Below are positions 25,618 to 38,212 of a DNA stretch of 64,000 nt, one piece after another (the stretch's first letter is position 1; every line of letters begins with the position of its first letter). Source of the stretch: Felis catus (Eukaryota). Position numbers and translations under genes: made by a program. The notes beneath the pieces are model-generated. The model was not told the DNA's origin. It made no database searches and was given only the letters and a program-made list of their open reading frames with translations. Location of the stretch: NCBI RefSeq assembly GCF_018350175.1, contig NC_058368.1:19904001-19968000 (forward strand), given 5' to 3'.

Positions 25618-25848
25618 AAACAAAACAAAAAAACCATGAGACCAAGAATTAGGGCACTGAAAGCGAGAAGTGGGGTCACTCACCCGGGGCTTTTTGAAAG
25701 AAGGACCTTCATGTGTGGGAATGGCCTAGTTCCTTACCTGGTTGTTTTACTAGTAGCTGCATCATACAAGTGGCAACATGTTTACTCAAAATGACTGTCT
25801 TTCGAACTGAATGCTTCCACAATCAAAACGTCAGGAACTCACAGTACA
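25080..25848 (-). mobile_element. Solo LTR (MER76-like, ERVL) inserted in the L1
   Basis: Termini TGTTCTG...CAGTACA; minus-strand AATAAA at about 25264-25269; L1 sequence resumes (AAAACTC / CAGAAGATGACATAAGAG). Confidence 0.65.
25434..25633 (+). mobile_element. CanSINE with long (CT)n, inside the LTR
   Basis: TSD about CATGAGA(G/C)CAAG. Confidence 0.9.
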
Positions 25849-27440
25849 CTCCCAGAAGATGACATAAGAGAAAATCTAGATGACCTTTGGTATGGTGATC
25901 ACCTTTTTAGGTACAACACCAAACACACAATCCATAATAGGAATAATTGAGAAGATTTACTTCTTTAAACCTAAAACTTCCACTCAGTGAAAGACAACAT
26001 CAAGAGAATTAGAAGACAAGCCACAGACCAGGAGAAAATATTTACAAAAGACACATCAATAAAGGACTATTTATCCAAAATACACAAAGAACTCTTAAAA
26101 CTCAACAGTAAGAAAACAAATAATTCAATTTAAACAATGGGCCAAAGACCTTAACAGACACCTCACCAACAAGTATCTACAGATGGCAAATAAGCATATG
26201 AAAATACACTTCACGTCACGTCATCAGAGAAATGCTCATGAAAGTAACAATGAGATATCACTACATGCCTACCACAATGGCCAAAATCCAGACCACTAAC
26301 ACCACCACATGCTGGTAAGGGTATTCTCATTCACTGCTAGTGAAAATGCAAAATGGTACAGACACTTGGGAAGCCAGTCTGGCAGTTTCTCATAAAACCA
26401 AACGTGCGTGTGCCACAACACCCACTGTGCTGCTTGGTATTTATCCACAAAAACCAGCACACGGATGTTTATAGAAGCTTTACTGATAACTACCAAAGCC
26501 TGGAGGCAACCAAAATGTCCTTTAGTGGGTGAATGGATAAACTGGTATATCCAGACAATGGTGCTAAAAAGGAATGAGCCAGGAAGACATGAAAAGAAAA
26601 CTAAAATGCATTACTAAGTGAAAGAAGTCAATCCGGAAAAAGCAAAACTATGGAGACAATACAAAGATCAGTGATTGGGGGAAAGGGGTAGACAGGACGA
26701 ACAGGCAGAGCATAGAGTATTTTTAGGTCAGTAAAAAGACGGTATTTGGTATTATAATGACGGATATGTCATTATACATCTGTCCAGAGAGTACATAACA
26801 CCAATAGGGAATCCTAGGTAAACTATGGACTTTGGATGATAATGATGTGTTGGTATAAGTTCATCCTTGGTAAAAATGTAACATTCTGGTGAGTGATGTT
26901 CATAATGGGGGAGGCCAGGCATGTGTGAGGGGCAGGGGAATGAAAAAAAAAAAAAGAGAGAGAGAGCAAGGTAGTCCATTTTTGAAACGAAAACTAACAA
27001 AAAGTAAAACCAGAGGGGTGGGGAAAAGATCATACCCAGAGAAACAGGGCAACCCACAGACATTATATATATATATACTGATAGACAACCCACACATCCC
27101 TCTGGAGACTCCTTGCCTGGGCCTCTTCCTCTCCCTTATACTACTTTGAACCTTTTCAGACTGAGTGAACTCTCTTTTCTCAGCTTTTTTCCTACTCTGT
27201 TCAGATAAAGCTCAAAGATCTACATTGTGCACATCTGATACCCACTGTAACCAAATTCTGAACCAATTGAATCCACCCAACCAGCATGCTAATTCAGCTA
27301 ACCATTCTGATTAAACATAACTAACCCCTCTAATTTAATTTTACCTTATGGAGAAAAAGTATTCATTCTTCAAAACTCTTTAACAATCTAAGGTTTGGAA
27401 TATAAAGAGAACTTATGAAGCCATTCAAATATAAATTCAA

Positions 27441-27660
27441 GTGGTACCTGGGTGGCTCAGTTGGTTAAGTGTCCAACTTCAGATCAGGTCATGATCTCAT
27501 GGTTCGTGGGTTTGAGCCCCACGTCGGGCTCTGTGCTGAAAGCTCGGAGCCTGGAGCCCGCTTCAGATTCTGTCTCCCTCTCTCTCTGCCCCTCTCCCGC
27601 TCATGCTCTGTCTCTCCGTCTCTCTGTCTCTCTCTCAAGAATAAACATTCAAAAAAATTT
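27441..27660 (+). mobile_element. CanSINE
   Basis: Full length; degenerate TSD ATATA(A/G)ATTCAA. Confidence 0.92.
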
Positions 27661-28279
27661 TAAATATAGATATAGATTCAAAAATCAGAACATAATAAGT
27701 TAGCCATTTCCAACATCCCTTCTCCCGCAAACTAGATCAACCTCTAAAATATCAACCAGCTGGTATTTTCCAAAGGCCAGAAATGCCAGTGAGCACTAAA
27801 ACAGGTTACTATAATCCTAACAGCATGGGAAGCTTTTTTCTACTGAGGGTAACTGACTCCAGAAAAATATTAATCCAGATCTGCAAAATAAAAAGCAATA
27901 ATGTAATCTTACTGGTTTTTTACATTAGAATTTAAATGTATTTAAACTCAAAAATATACATTCCTGTTTTGTATTTACGGCCACAGTCCTTCACATTTGT
28001 ATAGGACCTGACAGTATATGAAGTATTTTCACATACGGTATGCAAAACTATGAAAACATCAATTTCAGAAGAGGATCAAAGAGGGTTCCCGAACTAGTGT
28101 CGTGATGCTTGAGCCCTCTTTGCAGAAGCACGGGCATATAAGGAAAGAATGGAATGAACACTAAAGGAAAAGAAGGATTGATTCAAAGACAAAGAAGGGA
28201 CGAGGAAGAGTTAGAGGCACAAGACAGTTACTGAAGGATTAGAAAGGCAGCCTGGAGGAAGGAAGGCAAACCCTAACAT

Positions 28280-28283
<4 letters not shown>

Positions 28284-28314
<31 letters not shown>

Positions 28315-28517
28315 CAACGTTTATTTATTTTTGGGACAGAGAGAGACAGAGCATGAACGGGGGAGGGGCAGAGAGAGAGGGAGACACAGAATCGGAAACA
28401 GGCTCCAGGCTCTGAGCCATCAGCCCAGAGCCCGACGCGGGGCTCGAACTCACGGACCGCGAGATCGTGACCTGGCTGAAGTCGGACGCTTAACCGACTG
28501 CGCCACCCAGGCGCCCC
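28284..28517 (-). mobile_element. Very young Felis-type CanSINE
   Basis: CpGs retained, uninterrupted T33 run (28282-28314), TSD AACATTCTT. Confidence 0.97.
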
Positions 28518-30038
28518 AACATTCTTGAGGAATGGCTAGATGGGGCACTTTAGAACACCGCACCACTGAACCCTCAGAAGTATCCCACAGGGTAGGTGTT
28601 CTTTTAATTCCCATTTTACAGCTGCCAAGGATCATCACACAACCAGTAGGTGGCAGAACTGAGAGTCCAACCCAGCTTGTCCGGACTTGAGCCCCAAGCG
28701 CCAACACTGTTAGGAAGCCCCCAGAGAGGGGATAGGGAGGGATAAATGCCACGCCTGATTCACCAATACCTGCCTTTATTTTATACATTTGCTGTGTATA
28801 ACATCAGGATTCCTTCAAAAGGGCGTCTTCATGTTTAACGTATGTGCATCCTCCCTCTACCCCCACCTAACTTTCTAGAAATATGGGCTTTCTGGGTATC
28901 TTTCCATTTCTTCTACCTCTTCTTCTGAATACCCAAAAAGCTCAAACTACTGACTCCACAAGAGGGCAAGTGTCACCTTACAGATTTAGAGGAAGACAGC
29001 AAAGCTGCGTCTCGTGTGCCGTCTCCCCATCAGTAGGCAGCAGGGGCAGCGTGGGCATCCCTCTCGTGGCCTTGCCCGGCTGACCCTAACCAGAAGTGGG
29101 CAGAGCAAGGGACCTGTAAGAGGAGAATTCGAGGCTTGGCACAGCTACATCTTCCCATTTGTCAAGAGAAGCCAGCAATCTGGAATTTTATGTGGAATCC
29201 AGATTTATAAAACTTGGCTACTGATTCAAACTTCCAGAAACATTGCACCAGGTCAACATCTGCCTGAGGGTGAACTCAACCCACTAGCTGCGGGCTTATA
29301 AGGCCCAGGCTTTCAGTTGAAGGCAGCTCAGTTAGCATTACATCCCTACTTCCAAATATTCCCCATGCACTACATGGAAGACACAGCCCTTGCCCTCCAG
29401 GAGACCGATGGAGACAATGGACACACTGTTTCAGGACAAGATGACAAATGGAAAAAGGAAGAAGCCTGTGGAGGAGCACAGCAGCCAGCAGCCACATAGA
29501 TCTCCTGATCACTGATTTCCGAGAGGGCAAGTTTGGGCAGTGGCAGTAAAAAAAATGAGAGTAACGTTACCCTTCTACATCTAGAGAAGAAAGACGAGGG
29601 CTCTGAAATATATGAAAGTACACAAAGCAAAATTCAATAGCCCTGCCTTTGTGTCTCCAAGGTGACTCTTAAAGTAGGCAAGCCTTAATGGAACCATAGC
29701 AGCAGGAAAAGCTTCCCTACTAGAGGCACGGTGGAATCATAAAAAATACAACTGCCTTTTACTCAGCACCATCTATGCTCCCAGTACAACACCAAGTGCT
29801 GTGGGAATGTCAGCTCATGTTCACCTCCCAACAATTCCAGGAGCCAATTTACAGATGTGGAAACTGAAACTCTGAAATCCTAAAGTGTGGGAAAGAGCCA
29901 ATCATCTGAAGCCAAAAAAAGATGCCTGTCCTATTAATTCACTGACCTGGCCAGAGAGACTCAGGCTATTGGCCATCAAGAACAACTCATTGGCTACAAT
30001 AATTGAAAGTGTAGAACTAGTATTAAAAGGAGCAAAGA

Positions 30039-30248
30039 GGGGCAGCTGGGTGGCTCAGTTGGTTAAGCCTCCGACTTCAGTTCAGGTCATGATCTCAAAG
30101 CTCAGCTCATGAGTTCGAGCCCTGCATCGGGCTCTGTGATGACAGCTCAGAGCCTAAAGCCTGCTTCTGATTCTGTGTCTCCCTCTCTCTCCCCTACTGG
30201 CTTGTGCTCTCTCTCTCAAAAATAAATAAACAATAAAAAATTTTTTTT
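30039..30248 (+). mobile_element. CanSINE
   Basis: Head, body, CT tract, A tail. Confidence 0.9.
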
Positions 30249-31123
30249 AAAAAGGATGCCATTTTATACTGTTGTTTCGGTGACATGTGTGTATGAGTAT
30301 TTAGAGTCTTGGATAACAATGCTAAATGTTTTTCTTACTATGACACGTGGCCAAAAAAGTTTCAAAAGCATTACTCTAGACAACTCAGTCCCTGATATGG
30401 GGATCAGCAAACTGCCCAGAGCTAAACTCTTCAGTATTTGAAACTAAAAGATTCATCCAGAAGTAGGAATGTAGTGAATCCAGTTTAAGTATCAGGCACC
30501 AATACTAATATTTCATCCAGGAATAAACAACCGCTGCCCTCCAAAGGCTCCAGAAAGCACCATTTTACAGATGTCTCGTGCCACATTTTCCCCCTCTGCG
30601 CACCTTCCTCCACTCAAGGTTTTAGGGTGATGTGGCTGCAGACACTTTATGCTTGTCTAGTCACTACATGGGCACATCACATAGTCAGTGTCAGAGCTAG
30701 GAACTCCTACATGCTCCTTTGCCAGATGGAATGATGCTCCTTTGCCAGAGTTGGAGTGATGAAATGTCCTGGGAAATGCCCAAGGTCAATGCCGGGTACA
30801 GCTGAGATCAGGCTCCCAGTCCCAGTTCTTTTCCAAGAATCCTTAAATTAAAGACACATGAGAGCACAAAGCAGAACACCCTGCCAAGAGACAAGCAGAT
30901 GACTTTGTTTTCTTTTCTGGTCTTATTTGCTGGTTTCTTATACCTCTGAATTAATTTTTACTGATGGCTAAATGCAGCATTTGGCTGAGGCGATCCCCTG
31001 TCCTTTAAAAAAAAAAAAAAAAAAAAGTAATGGAATTGCACAAGCAAAGTTATTTTTTCTGTGTCAGGAAATTGTTTAGGTTAATTGTGGCATCTCCTTG
31101 GAAGACCTATTGAAATAAAAATA

Positions 31124-31345
31124 GGGGCCCCTGGGTGGCTCCGTCAGTTAAGCGTCCGACTTTGGGTAGGTCATGATCTCTCAGTTTGTGAGTTCGAGCT
31201 CCACATCAGGCTCTGTGCTGACAGCTCACAGCCTGGAGCCTTATTCGAATTCTGCCTCCCTCTCTCCCTCTCTCTCTCTCTGCCCCTCCCCCACTTGTAC
31301 TCTGTCTCTCTCAAAAATAAATAAAATGTAAAAAAAAAAAAAAAA
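31124..31345 (+). mobile_element. CanSINE
   Basis: TSD GAAATAAAAATA. Confidence 0.92.
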
Positions 31346-34300
31346 GAAATAAAAATAAACAAGCATTACCTGCTTTTGAAGTCCTTCTATTCTGAAACCA
31401 TAGTTAAGAAGAAAACCTTGGCTTGATAGCCACTTTCTTTTCAGGTAAGTATATACTGTATATAATTTAGTTTATTGCTATAGATATCAACAGATCACTA
31501 CTTGAAATAGTCTTAAATCACAATTCATTTACTGATTTCTAAATGCCACTGTGTTTTAACTTCCCCAAAACTGTTAACTTTTTCATGACATCAAGTTGAT
31601 TCTCAAAAACAAATAGAAAATGTTTCCCCCTCAAAGCCAAATTCAAAGTGAAAACAGAGCCAGGGAAAGACGCTATGCAAGTAAAAGTAGTATTTCCTTT
31701 TTCAGCCTCTTCCAGCTACCAACATCCTATGATTTTTACCTGCTTTTCTTTTTCAAAGTAAGTTTAGTCACACTTGAGGTATAAGACAGTTAGTTGGTCA
31801 GGATTTCACAATCCAAGAATCCCTCATTGTAGGAGCGTGAGAATTTTCCACTGCCCCGCAATATCCAGATGAATGTACCCTGATTAAGACCTTTGAGGTC
31901 CTGGACAAAATCTGGTTGAACTGCATAAATTAAGTAGGAAATTCAGAACCATCAGGAGCTCTGGGGTCACTGGAGAGCTAAGCCTCCTTAAACAAGCCTT
32001 CCCAATAGTGATCTTTTCTTAAAAAGTCAATCTGTATTCTGACCTTTCAAGACACAGAGGCAGCCTGTTTCCAGACAGATCTGCTGGCAAAAAGACTGCC
32101 TCATGCTCTGAATTCGGCATAAAGGTCTGATTTTCAACAATCACATGGGGTAAATTCCCATTTGGGGGCCTTGAAACCAGCAATTATTACTGCCAAGTGA
32201 GGAGTCTCAAGTGCAGAGTTGAAAGTTTATTAATTTTATGCCATTAAATAGAGACATGACACACTCAAAAATTAGTGTAGATGGGTTCTAATTTTGTCGA
32301 CTTTAATGACCTCACACCTTCACTCTTAAGAACTCCTCAACCTTCAGAACTATGCTTACACTGCGGGAAAACTTTGATTTGCATTTTCAAAGCTATTTTT
32401 TTATGCAAGTGTTATGAAGTACATGGTACATAAAACTCTACTAGGAGCTCAGGTGAACTGAGCCAAGGTGTAAGTATTAGTGAAACAATGGTTTCAACCA
32501 GAAATCTGAGACAGCGCGATTTCAGAATGGTAAAAACCAATGATACATCAACCAACAGCATGAGTATTTATAAAATGAAATGAAATTTTAATATATCTTT
32601 TCAACAGTCAACTAGTCATGACCACTTAGAATCGAGTAGTTCAGAGTTAAAAAAAAAAAAAAAAAAAAGTCTTAGAGATTTAAAAAAAAAAAAACAAAAT
32701 CCAACCCATCTCTTGTCCCAGTCCCTCCCAATCCCCATCCCCTGCTACACTGTTCTGGCTGAAAGCAAACTACTAAATTTCTCTCAAGCTCAACTCAAGT
32801 ATCTTTGCTCTGGAAACTCACCACCTCTTCAGGCTCATTTCATTCCAAACTGGTGATCCGTCAGTCATTTCTAATTCCTTCAATGAACACACACTGCATT
32901 ATGCTAGGCACTAGGGACCAGATGTCCTAAAAATCTGACTCCTTCACCATTGGGGGGGTTCTGTCTCCCTTAAGGATTATAGAGAACACTGCTAACTGTG
33001 CTGCATAAATGAGTCCTGAATAAAGTTAGAATATCAGGTGGTAGTTCCCCCCACAGTCCCCTCATTACCCTCATCCCCTACAGTGTCCCCTCCCCACAGA
33101 GCGTCCTCTCCGACACGCCACCACCACACCCTCAGATCTTTTTATCCAGAAAATAATTTCAAATTCTTGTCCCCAAAGGTTTTAGAAAGTTCCACTCATA
33201 GTGACTCCTTTGGAGAAACCAATTTTCCAGATTCCTCAAATCACTCAGAGCTAAGTTCTGAATTCAAGCTGACTGGCTCCTGAATCTACACTCTTAACCA
33301 GTCCATTCGAGTGCTTCTCAGTGAATGGGAGTTTTCTTTTCCCCCTCTACCTACAATGCTCTTTCCTCTACCCTCACTTTTCCACATGAACTCCTACTCA
33401 TCCTACAAGACCCATCCGCAGGAGCACTCCTTTTTTCTAACCACCACAAGCAGAGGAGATTCTGTGGCAAACACAGAGGACACTGTACCTATCTTCGGCA
33501 CATTTCCTAATACAGAGATAAAAAACGGGACCCCCCTCCCCCGTCCCTAACCCACCGCAAAGGTACAGACTCCTAGGGAAAGAACAGCTTCCTATAACAG
33601 CCCAATAGCAACTACCTAGAGTTACTAAAACTCTCTATATGAATGCCAAAATTGTTGACTTGTGTTAAAATACGCATATAAAGAAACCTACAAACATAAA
33701 AGTCTAGATGGGGCTGGGTCCCACCCGGAGAGAGGTCTCTCCTGGCCTTCATCATTGAAGAAGAGGCTGTGTGACCAGACAAGGGAGCCCCTGGTAAGCT
33801 GCAGGCTACATGAGTGTTAACCAACATGGAGCTAAGATGCCTTGTAGGAAGCTCCGAAGCAAGGAATGTTAAAATGGCATCTACTCAGAAAAGATAGTTC
33901 AGAAAGCAGCTGACTCACGAGGAACCCAAAGTACCAAAGGTAGCTAAGTCCCCCAGACATAGAATCCGGCTATTCTCAAAGCAAAGATAGACCCAGAAAT
34001 GGCCAGTGAGTTCCAAGAACAGGTCCTATGTTATGACAGCCCCACAAATCTAAACTTGAAAATCAGATTGTTTATATATTTCTTATATTCCTTCCTTGGT
34101 ATCCAGGAAAGTTCCAGACTGTTCTAACTGTGCTAAGATGAACGGAGGGTGAGGGTTTTTATCAAAAAAACTGCAGATTTGGCCTGAAGATTAGAATACT
34201 ATCAGCCCACTACTGACAGCAGCAGTAGCATGAACATGGTAATGCAATGCAAGTGAAAGAATCCTCCAAAAGAAGGTAAAATGCAGGGACAATAAGGGCT

Positions 34301-35266
34301 GTGGAGTCCAGCCACTCTTTCCCACCTGAAAATTCTCCTTTCAGTACTAAATCTTAGAGGCTGTGGTTTTGTTTTATTATCTTCTAAAACTTACCCCCCA
34401 CTGAATTGTATCTGCAAACGATCTTGCCATTTCACCCAATGGAGTCTGCACGTGTGTTTGGAACACAACAGAAACTTAAATGTTTGTTGATGGAATGAAT
34501 GAAGCAACGCGTGGACTTCCAGAGTTTTAAGGTATCCTAAAGACCATCCATCCAGTGCAATCCTTTTCCCACAAGTGTACATTCGTCCACACAGGGCTTT
34601 CATAGGTTGTCATAAAAGTCATTCGATAAATATCAACTAAGTGCCAACAACAGTTAAGACGCTATGCTCTCAGGAACAACAATCAAAATGTTATCAGTCA
34701 CTGATACACAGCAAATGTCTGGGGGCCTTCCATGGATCAGGCAATTTGCTAGGCCGTAAAGATACTACAACGAGTAAGACACACATAGCACCTTAGGGAA
34801 ACTATGGAGAAGATGAAGGGACCATAAGTATCTACGATACTGTTTAAAATAGAAAATGTTAAGTGTTTTCAAAGGTTAGATAAGGGCTATCTGGAGTCAT
34901 AGGTCAAAAGGGAAACCAGGTTTCAAAAAATTTCCAGGACACGGCCATTCAGGACACAACATTATTTGTGGTTTAACCTTACAGTTCAGGAATGAAAACT
35001 ATTAGTTTCTAGCTAAAGCAGAATAGCTAAAGGAAATGGCTTTGTAGGTTTTGATGAAAATCAATATTCTATCTTCATAACTTCAGCATTATGTCAAATG
35101 GCACTGACAGTGGATTCTGGAAAGAATACAGATCAATTCTCTTCTAATGAAAACAATAATCAAAACTGAGCTCTAAATAACAAAGTTATTGTCACCCATG
35201 AGCACAGAAACACAGGTTTGTCAATCTGAATATTAATAAAACACACGTAAAGAATAATTCTGGACT

Positions 35267-35497
35267 GGGGCGCCTGGGTGGCTCGGTCGGTTAAGCGTCC
35301 GACTTCGGCTCAGGTCATGATCTCACGGTCTGTGAGTTCGAGCCCCGCGTCGGGCTCTGTGCTGACAGCTCAGAGCCTGGAGCCTGTTTCAGATTCTGTG
35401 TCTCCCTCTCTCTCTGACCCTCCCCTGTTCATGCTCTGTCTCTCTCTGTCTCAAAAATAAATAAATGTTAAAAAAAAAAAGTAAAAAAAAATAAAAG
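35267..35497 (+). mobile_element. CanSINE
   Basis: Perfect 18-bp TSD AAAGAATAATTCTGGACT. Confidence 0.97.
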
Positions 35498-35970
35498 AAA
35501 GAATAATTCTGGACTTACAGGTGGGCCTTATTTATTTAGCAGTAACCCTATAATAATAATTCCTATGATTTACCCTATAAACTAAAACATAAAAATTAAG
35601 CTACTATATAGCTACACATCACATTTCTTTTGACCTATCCTGAAATGAAATTTATCTTTCAGTTTCTCTCATATATGCTACTTTAGTTCTTCTAAATACC
35701 TTGAAATGCATCCCACTAACCCTGTTCCCTTCAAGATAACACACTAACATGGGAAGCAGAAGCCTGAGGACTAGGCCTGCTCACCAGGTTGGGCAGGTAA
35801 ATTCTCTGGCCTAAATCTTCCCATCCATAAAATGAAGCTGTTAGAGCAAATAACCTCCAAGATCCCTTTGAACTCTTAAAAACAGTAACAAAATCAAAAA
35901 CTGAAAACTTACCTCCACTGCCAAACTATCAATCAAAGCAAAAAGTTTTAAAACTAATATCAAAGGAATA

Positions 35971-36180
35971 GGGGCGCCTGGGTGGCTCAGTCAGTCGGTT
36001 GAGCGTCCGACTTCGGCTCAGGTCATGATCTCACGGTCTGTGAGTTCGAGCCCTGCATCGAGCTCAGAGCCTGGAGCCTGCTTCGGATTCTGTGTCTCCC
36101 TCTCTCTCTTCCCCTCCCCTGCTCATGCTCTGTCTCTCTCTGTCTCAAAAATAAATAAAAACGTTAAAAAATTTTTTTTT
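35971..36180 (+). mobile_element. CanSINE with small internal deletion and CAGT duplication
   Basis: TSD AAAACTAATATCAAAGGAA. Confidence 0.95.
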
Positions 36181-36803
36181 AAAAACTAATATCAAAGGAA
36201 CTTAGGTTTAACCAACTTTTTTCCTTCTTTTACTTGATTCAACAAACTTATTCATGAATTTCCTACAGCAATTAGGTTGAGCAGTTCTTCATCCATAGCC
36301 GTCATAAACTGGAAAATGATGTCAATATATTCCTTTAAAAACAATTCTGCAACAAAAAATTTCTAGGTCCAGAAGCAATCTCCTTAATAGAATTTTGCCT
36401 CTATCCAAAAATTAAACCCTCATAAACTTCTTTGTGAATGTCAAAAGGTTTTTAATCCACGTACTCCACTTCAGAATGTATTTATTCTGTTCAATGCAGA
36501 CTGCTCGCCTTGGTGTATGTTTACAATTTTTCCCATTAGATCCACATAGGAAATGAATGGAACACCTTTTGTATGGAGTATGATGTAGACAAGTACGTGT
36601 CATTAATATACTCATCCTAGTTATATTGAGGAACCTATCATATGAATAGATCTATCAGGCAAATATTTTTGAGACCGTACTGTATGCAAAGTGCTGAAAT
36701 GACTATAAAGACAGTAACCAATACTGTTGCTTTACCCCTGCCTCCAACTGTAATTGTACTGGTCACCAAGAAAACAATTCTCTACCTCAACATAAGAAAA
36801 TCT

Positions 36804-36830
36804 AAAAAAAAAAAAAAAAAAAAAAAAAAA
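36804..36830. repeat. Poly(A) tract (27 nt)
   Basis: Direct read. Confidence 0.9.
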
Positions 36831-37802
36831 TTCACCTAACTACCGTTTTAAGGAAAAGCCCCTTGTCATATACCTCTATAGTGTCACATTTTTTAGAATG
36901 CTAGTTGGTATTATCGAAGCAATACTTCCAGATAAATACCATAATTACTATAGTCGGGCAGCATTCCTGTGGAAATCAGCTCCATCAGCCTAATTTTGGC
37001 ATATTAAATGAATTAAGTTAAAGCGAAAATGCTATTGTCTGAAAAACAAGAGAAAATATTAAAGGCAGAACAACTGGCTCCACTTCTGCAAATTAAGCAA
37101 AATTAGGCAAAAAGAAAGGAAGCAGGCAAAGGGAAGGAACTCAAGAGCTATTTGCAGCATGGTCCCTTGCAAGTTAGTTCTAGGCGCTTCCCCTTGAGCT
37201 CGAAGAAATAAGGAGACCAAAGAAGAGAAGGCACCTCTCCTTTCGTTCAGAAGCCCAAAGTTATACTCTTTTCACAACTTGCAATATTCATTGAGTTCAG
37301 TGTAAGATGTATGGGAGATCTGGATTCAGTGGGACTGTCCGGGAGAAGGGAGTGGCATTTACTTTCTCAGTCTGGAGCCCTTAAGAACTGTATCAGAGTA
37401 CTCAAAAACCCTTAGTTATCTAGCAAAGGCTCTCGGAGCATCCTCCCCACGCACACTCCTGAAGGGCTGGGCGGCTCCTCCCTCTCCCCCTTCTGTCCTT
37501 AGGGCTGGACCAAGGTCCAGTGGCCGGCGCACCGTTAGTCCAAGGGCCACCCTGGCCCGGCCTGCGCCACCAGCCCCGGGCAAGGCCAGAGCGCAAGCCG
37601 CTGTCTGGTCTCCGCTTCCCAGAGCCACGCAGCGGCGGCGGCGCGCAGCTGGACACCAGCATCACCAGGATGCCCATTATAATAAAAACTTGGGGGAGTA
37701 TGTCTACACTTGCACCGATGTGAAGGCACAGCCCGGGACGCGGGCTCCGGGACCGCCGGCCCGTCCCGCCCCTCCTAGCGGCCGAGGGGCGGCGGTCCGT
37801 AC

Positions 37803-37939
37803 CTGTCCTCCGAGACGCTGATGACGCCCTCCTCCTTGGGCACGATCACGGCCATATTCACCACCTCCTGGGACCCCTCGACCCGCTGCAGCAGGATGGG
37901 CTTGCGGGTCAGCGGCTTGGGCTGGATCTCCGCCGCCAT
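37803..37939 (-). CDS. WDFY2: WDFY2 coding exon 1 (45 codons + 2 nt, phase-2 intron)
   Basis: Minus-strand translation MAAEIQPKPLTRKPILLQRVEGSQEVVNMAVIVPKEEGVISVSED(R) matches the mammalian WDFY2 N-terminus as I recall it and differs from WDFY1 (MAAEIHSRPQSSRP...). ATG at 37939-37937; donor GACAG|GTACGG with GT at 37802-37801; 137 nt; inside a CpG island. Confidence 0.96.
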
Positions 37940-38171
37940 CGGAGGAGGGGGCGCGCCGGGCGCCGCCGCCGCCAACCGCACCGCGGAGCTGGGCTGAGGA
38001 GACCGCTCAGGCACGGGCACAAGCTGAGACAGGGACTCTGGTTGGCCGGAGCGGGACGCCGGGGACCAGCGATCATAGCCTGGCCGCGCTCCGGGAACGA
38101 CTCCGCGCTCCCGGCTTCGGGCAACGAAACCACCACGACCCGGGTTGCAAGCCGGCGCCACCACCGGAGGA

Positions 38172-38212
38172 GGGGGCGGAGAGCTGGGGGGCGGAGCCGG
38201 TAGGGGGCGGGG
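38172..38212 (+). promoter_or_regulatory. Cluster of three SP/KLF GC boxes
   Basis: GGGGGCGGAG, GGGGGGCGGAG and GGGGGCGGGG; more GC boxes near 38351, 38528 and 38555. Confidence 0.7.

Larger units (their letters stand above)
24330..26940 (+). mobile_element. Decayed L1 (L1MC-like): ORF2 3' part and 3' UTR, interrupted
   Basis: Frameshifted ORF2-like peptides (IDKPILKFRW..DFRTYYKATVIK; TRMFIEALL..WRQPKCP); 3' UTR GTAAACTATGGACTTTGG. Confidence 0.9.
1..37802 (-). other. WDFY2: WDFY2 intron 1 (partial; continues past the left edge)
   Basis: Starts at the exon-1 GT donor. No sequence encoding the next expected residues (TVRVWLKRDSGQYW) was seen; repeat-rich. Confidence 0.85.

Noticed and set aside
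24199..26617. L1 ORF2-like peptides as active reverse transcriptase
   Set aside because: Fragmented by stops and frameshifts and interrupted by an LTR and a SINE.
30711..30760. Short direct repeat ATGCTCCTTTGCCAGA x2
   Set aside because: An isolated local tandem duplication with no spacer array and no CRISPR-like context.
31431..31450. Recursive-splice-like motif CTTTCTTTTCAG|GTAAGT
   Set aside because: It is on the plus strand, antisense to WDFY2, and nothing in the sequence shows a plus-strand transcript here.
36412..36615. 67-aa ORF near exon 1 as a pseudogene or micropeptide
   Set aside because: No recognisable homology, and the length is expected by chance.
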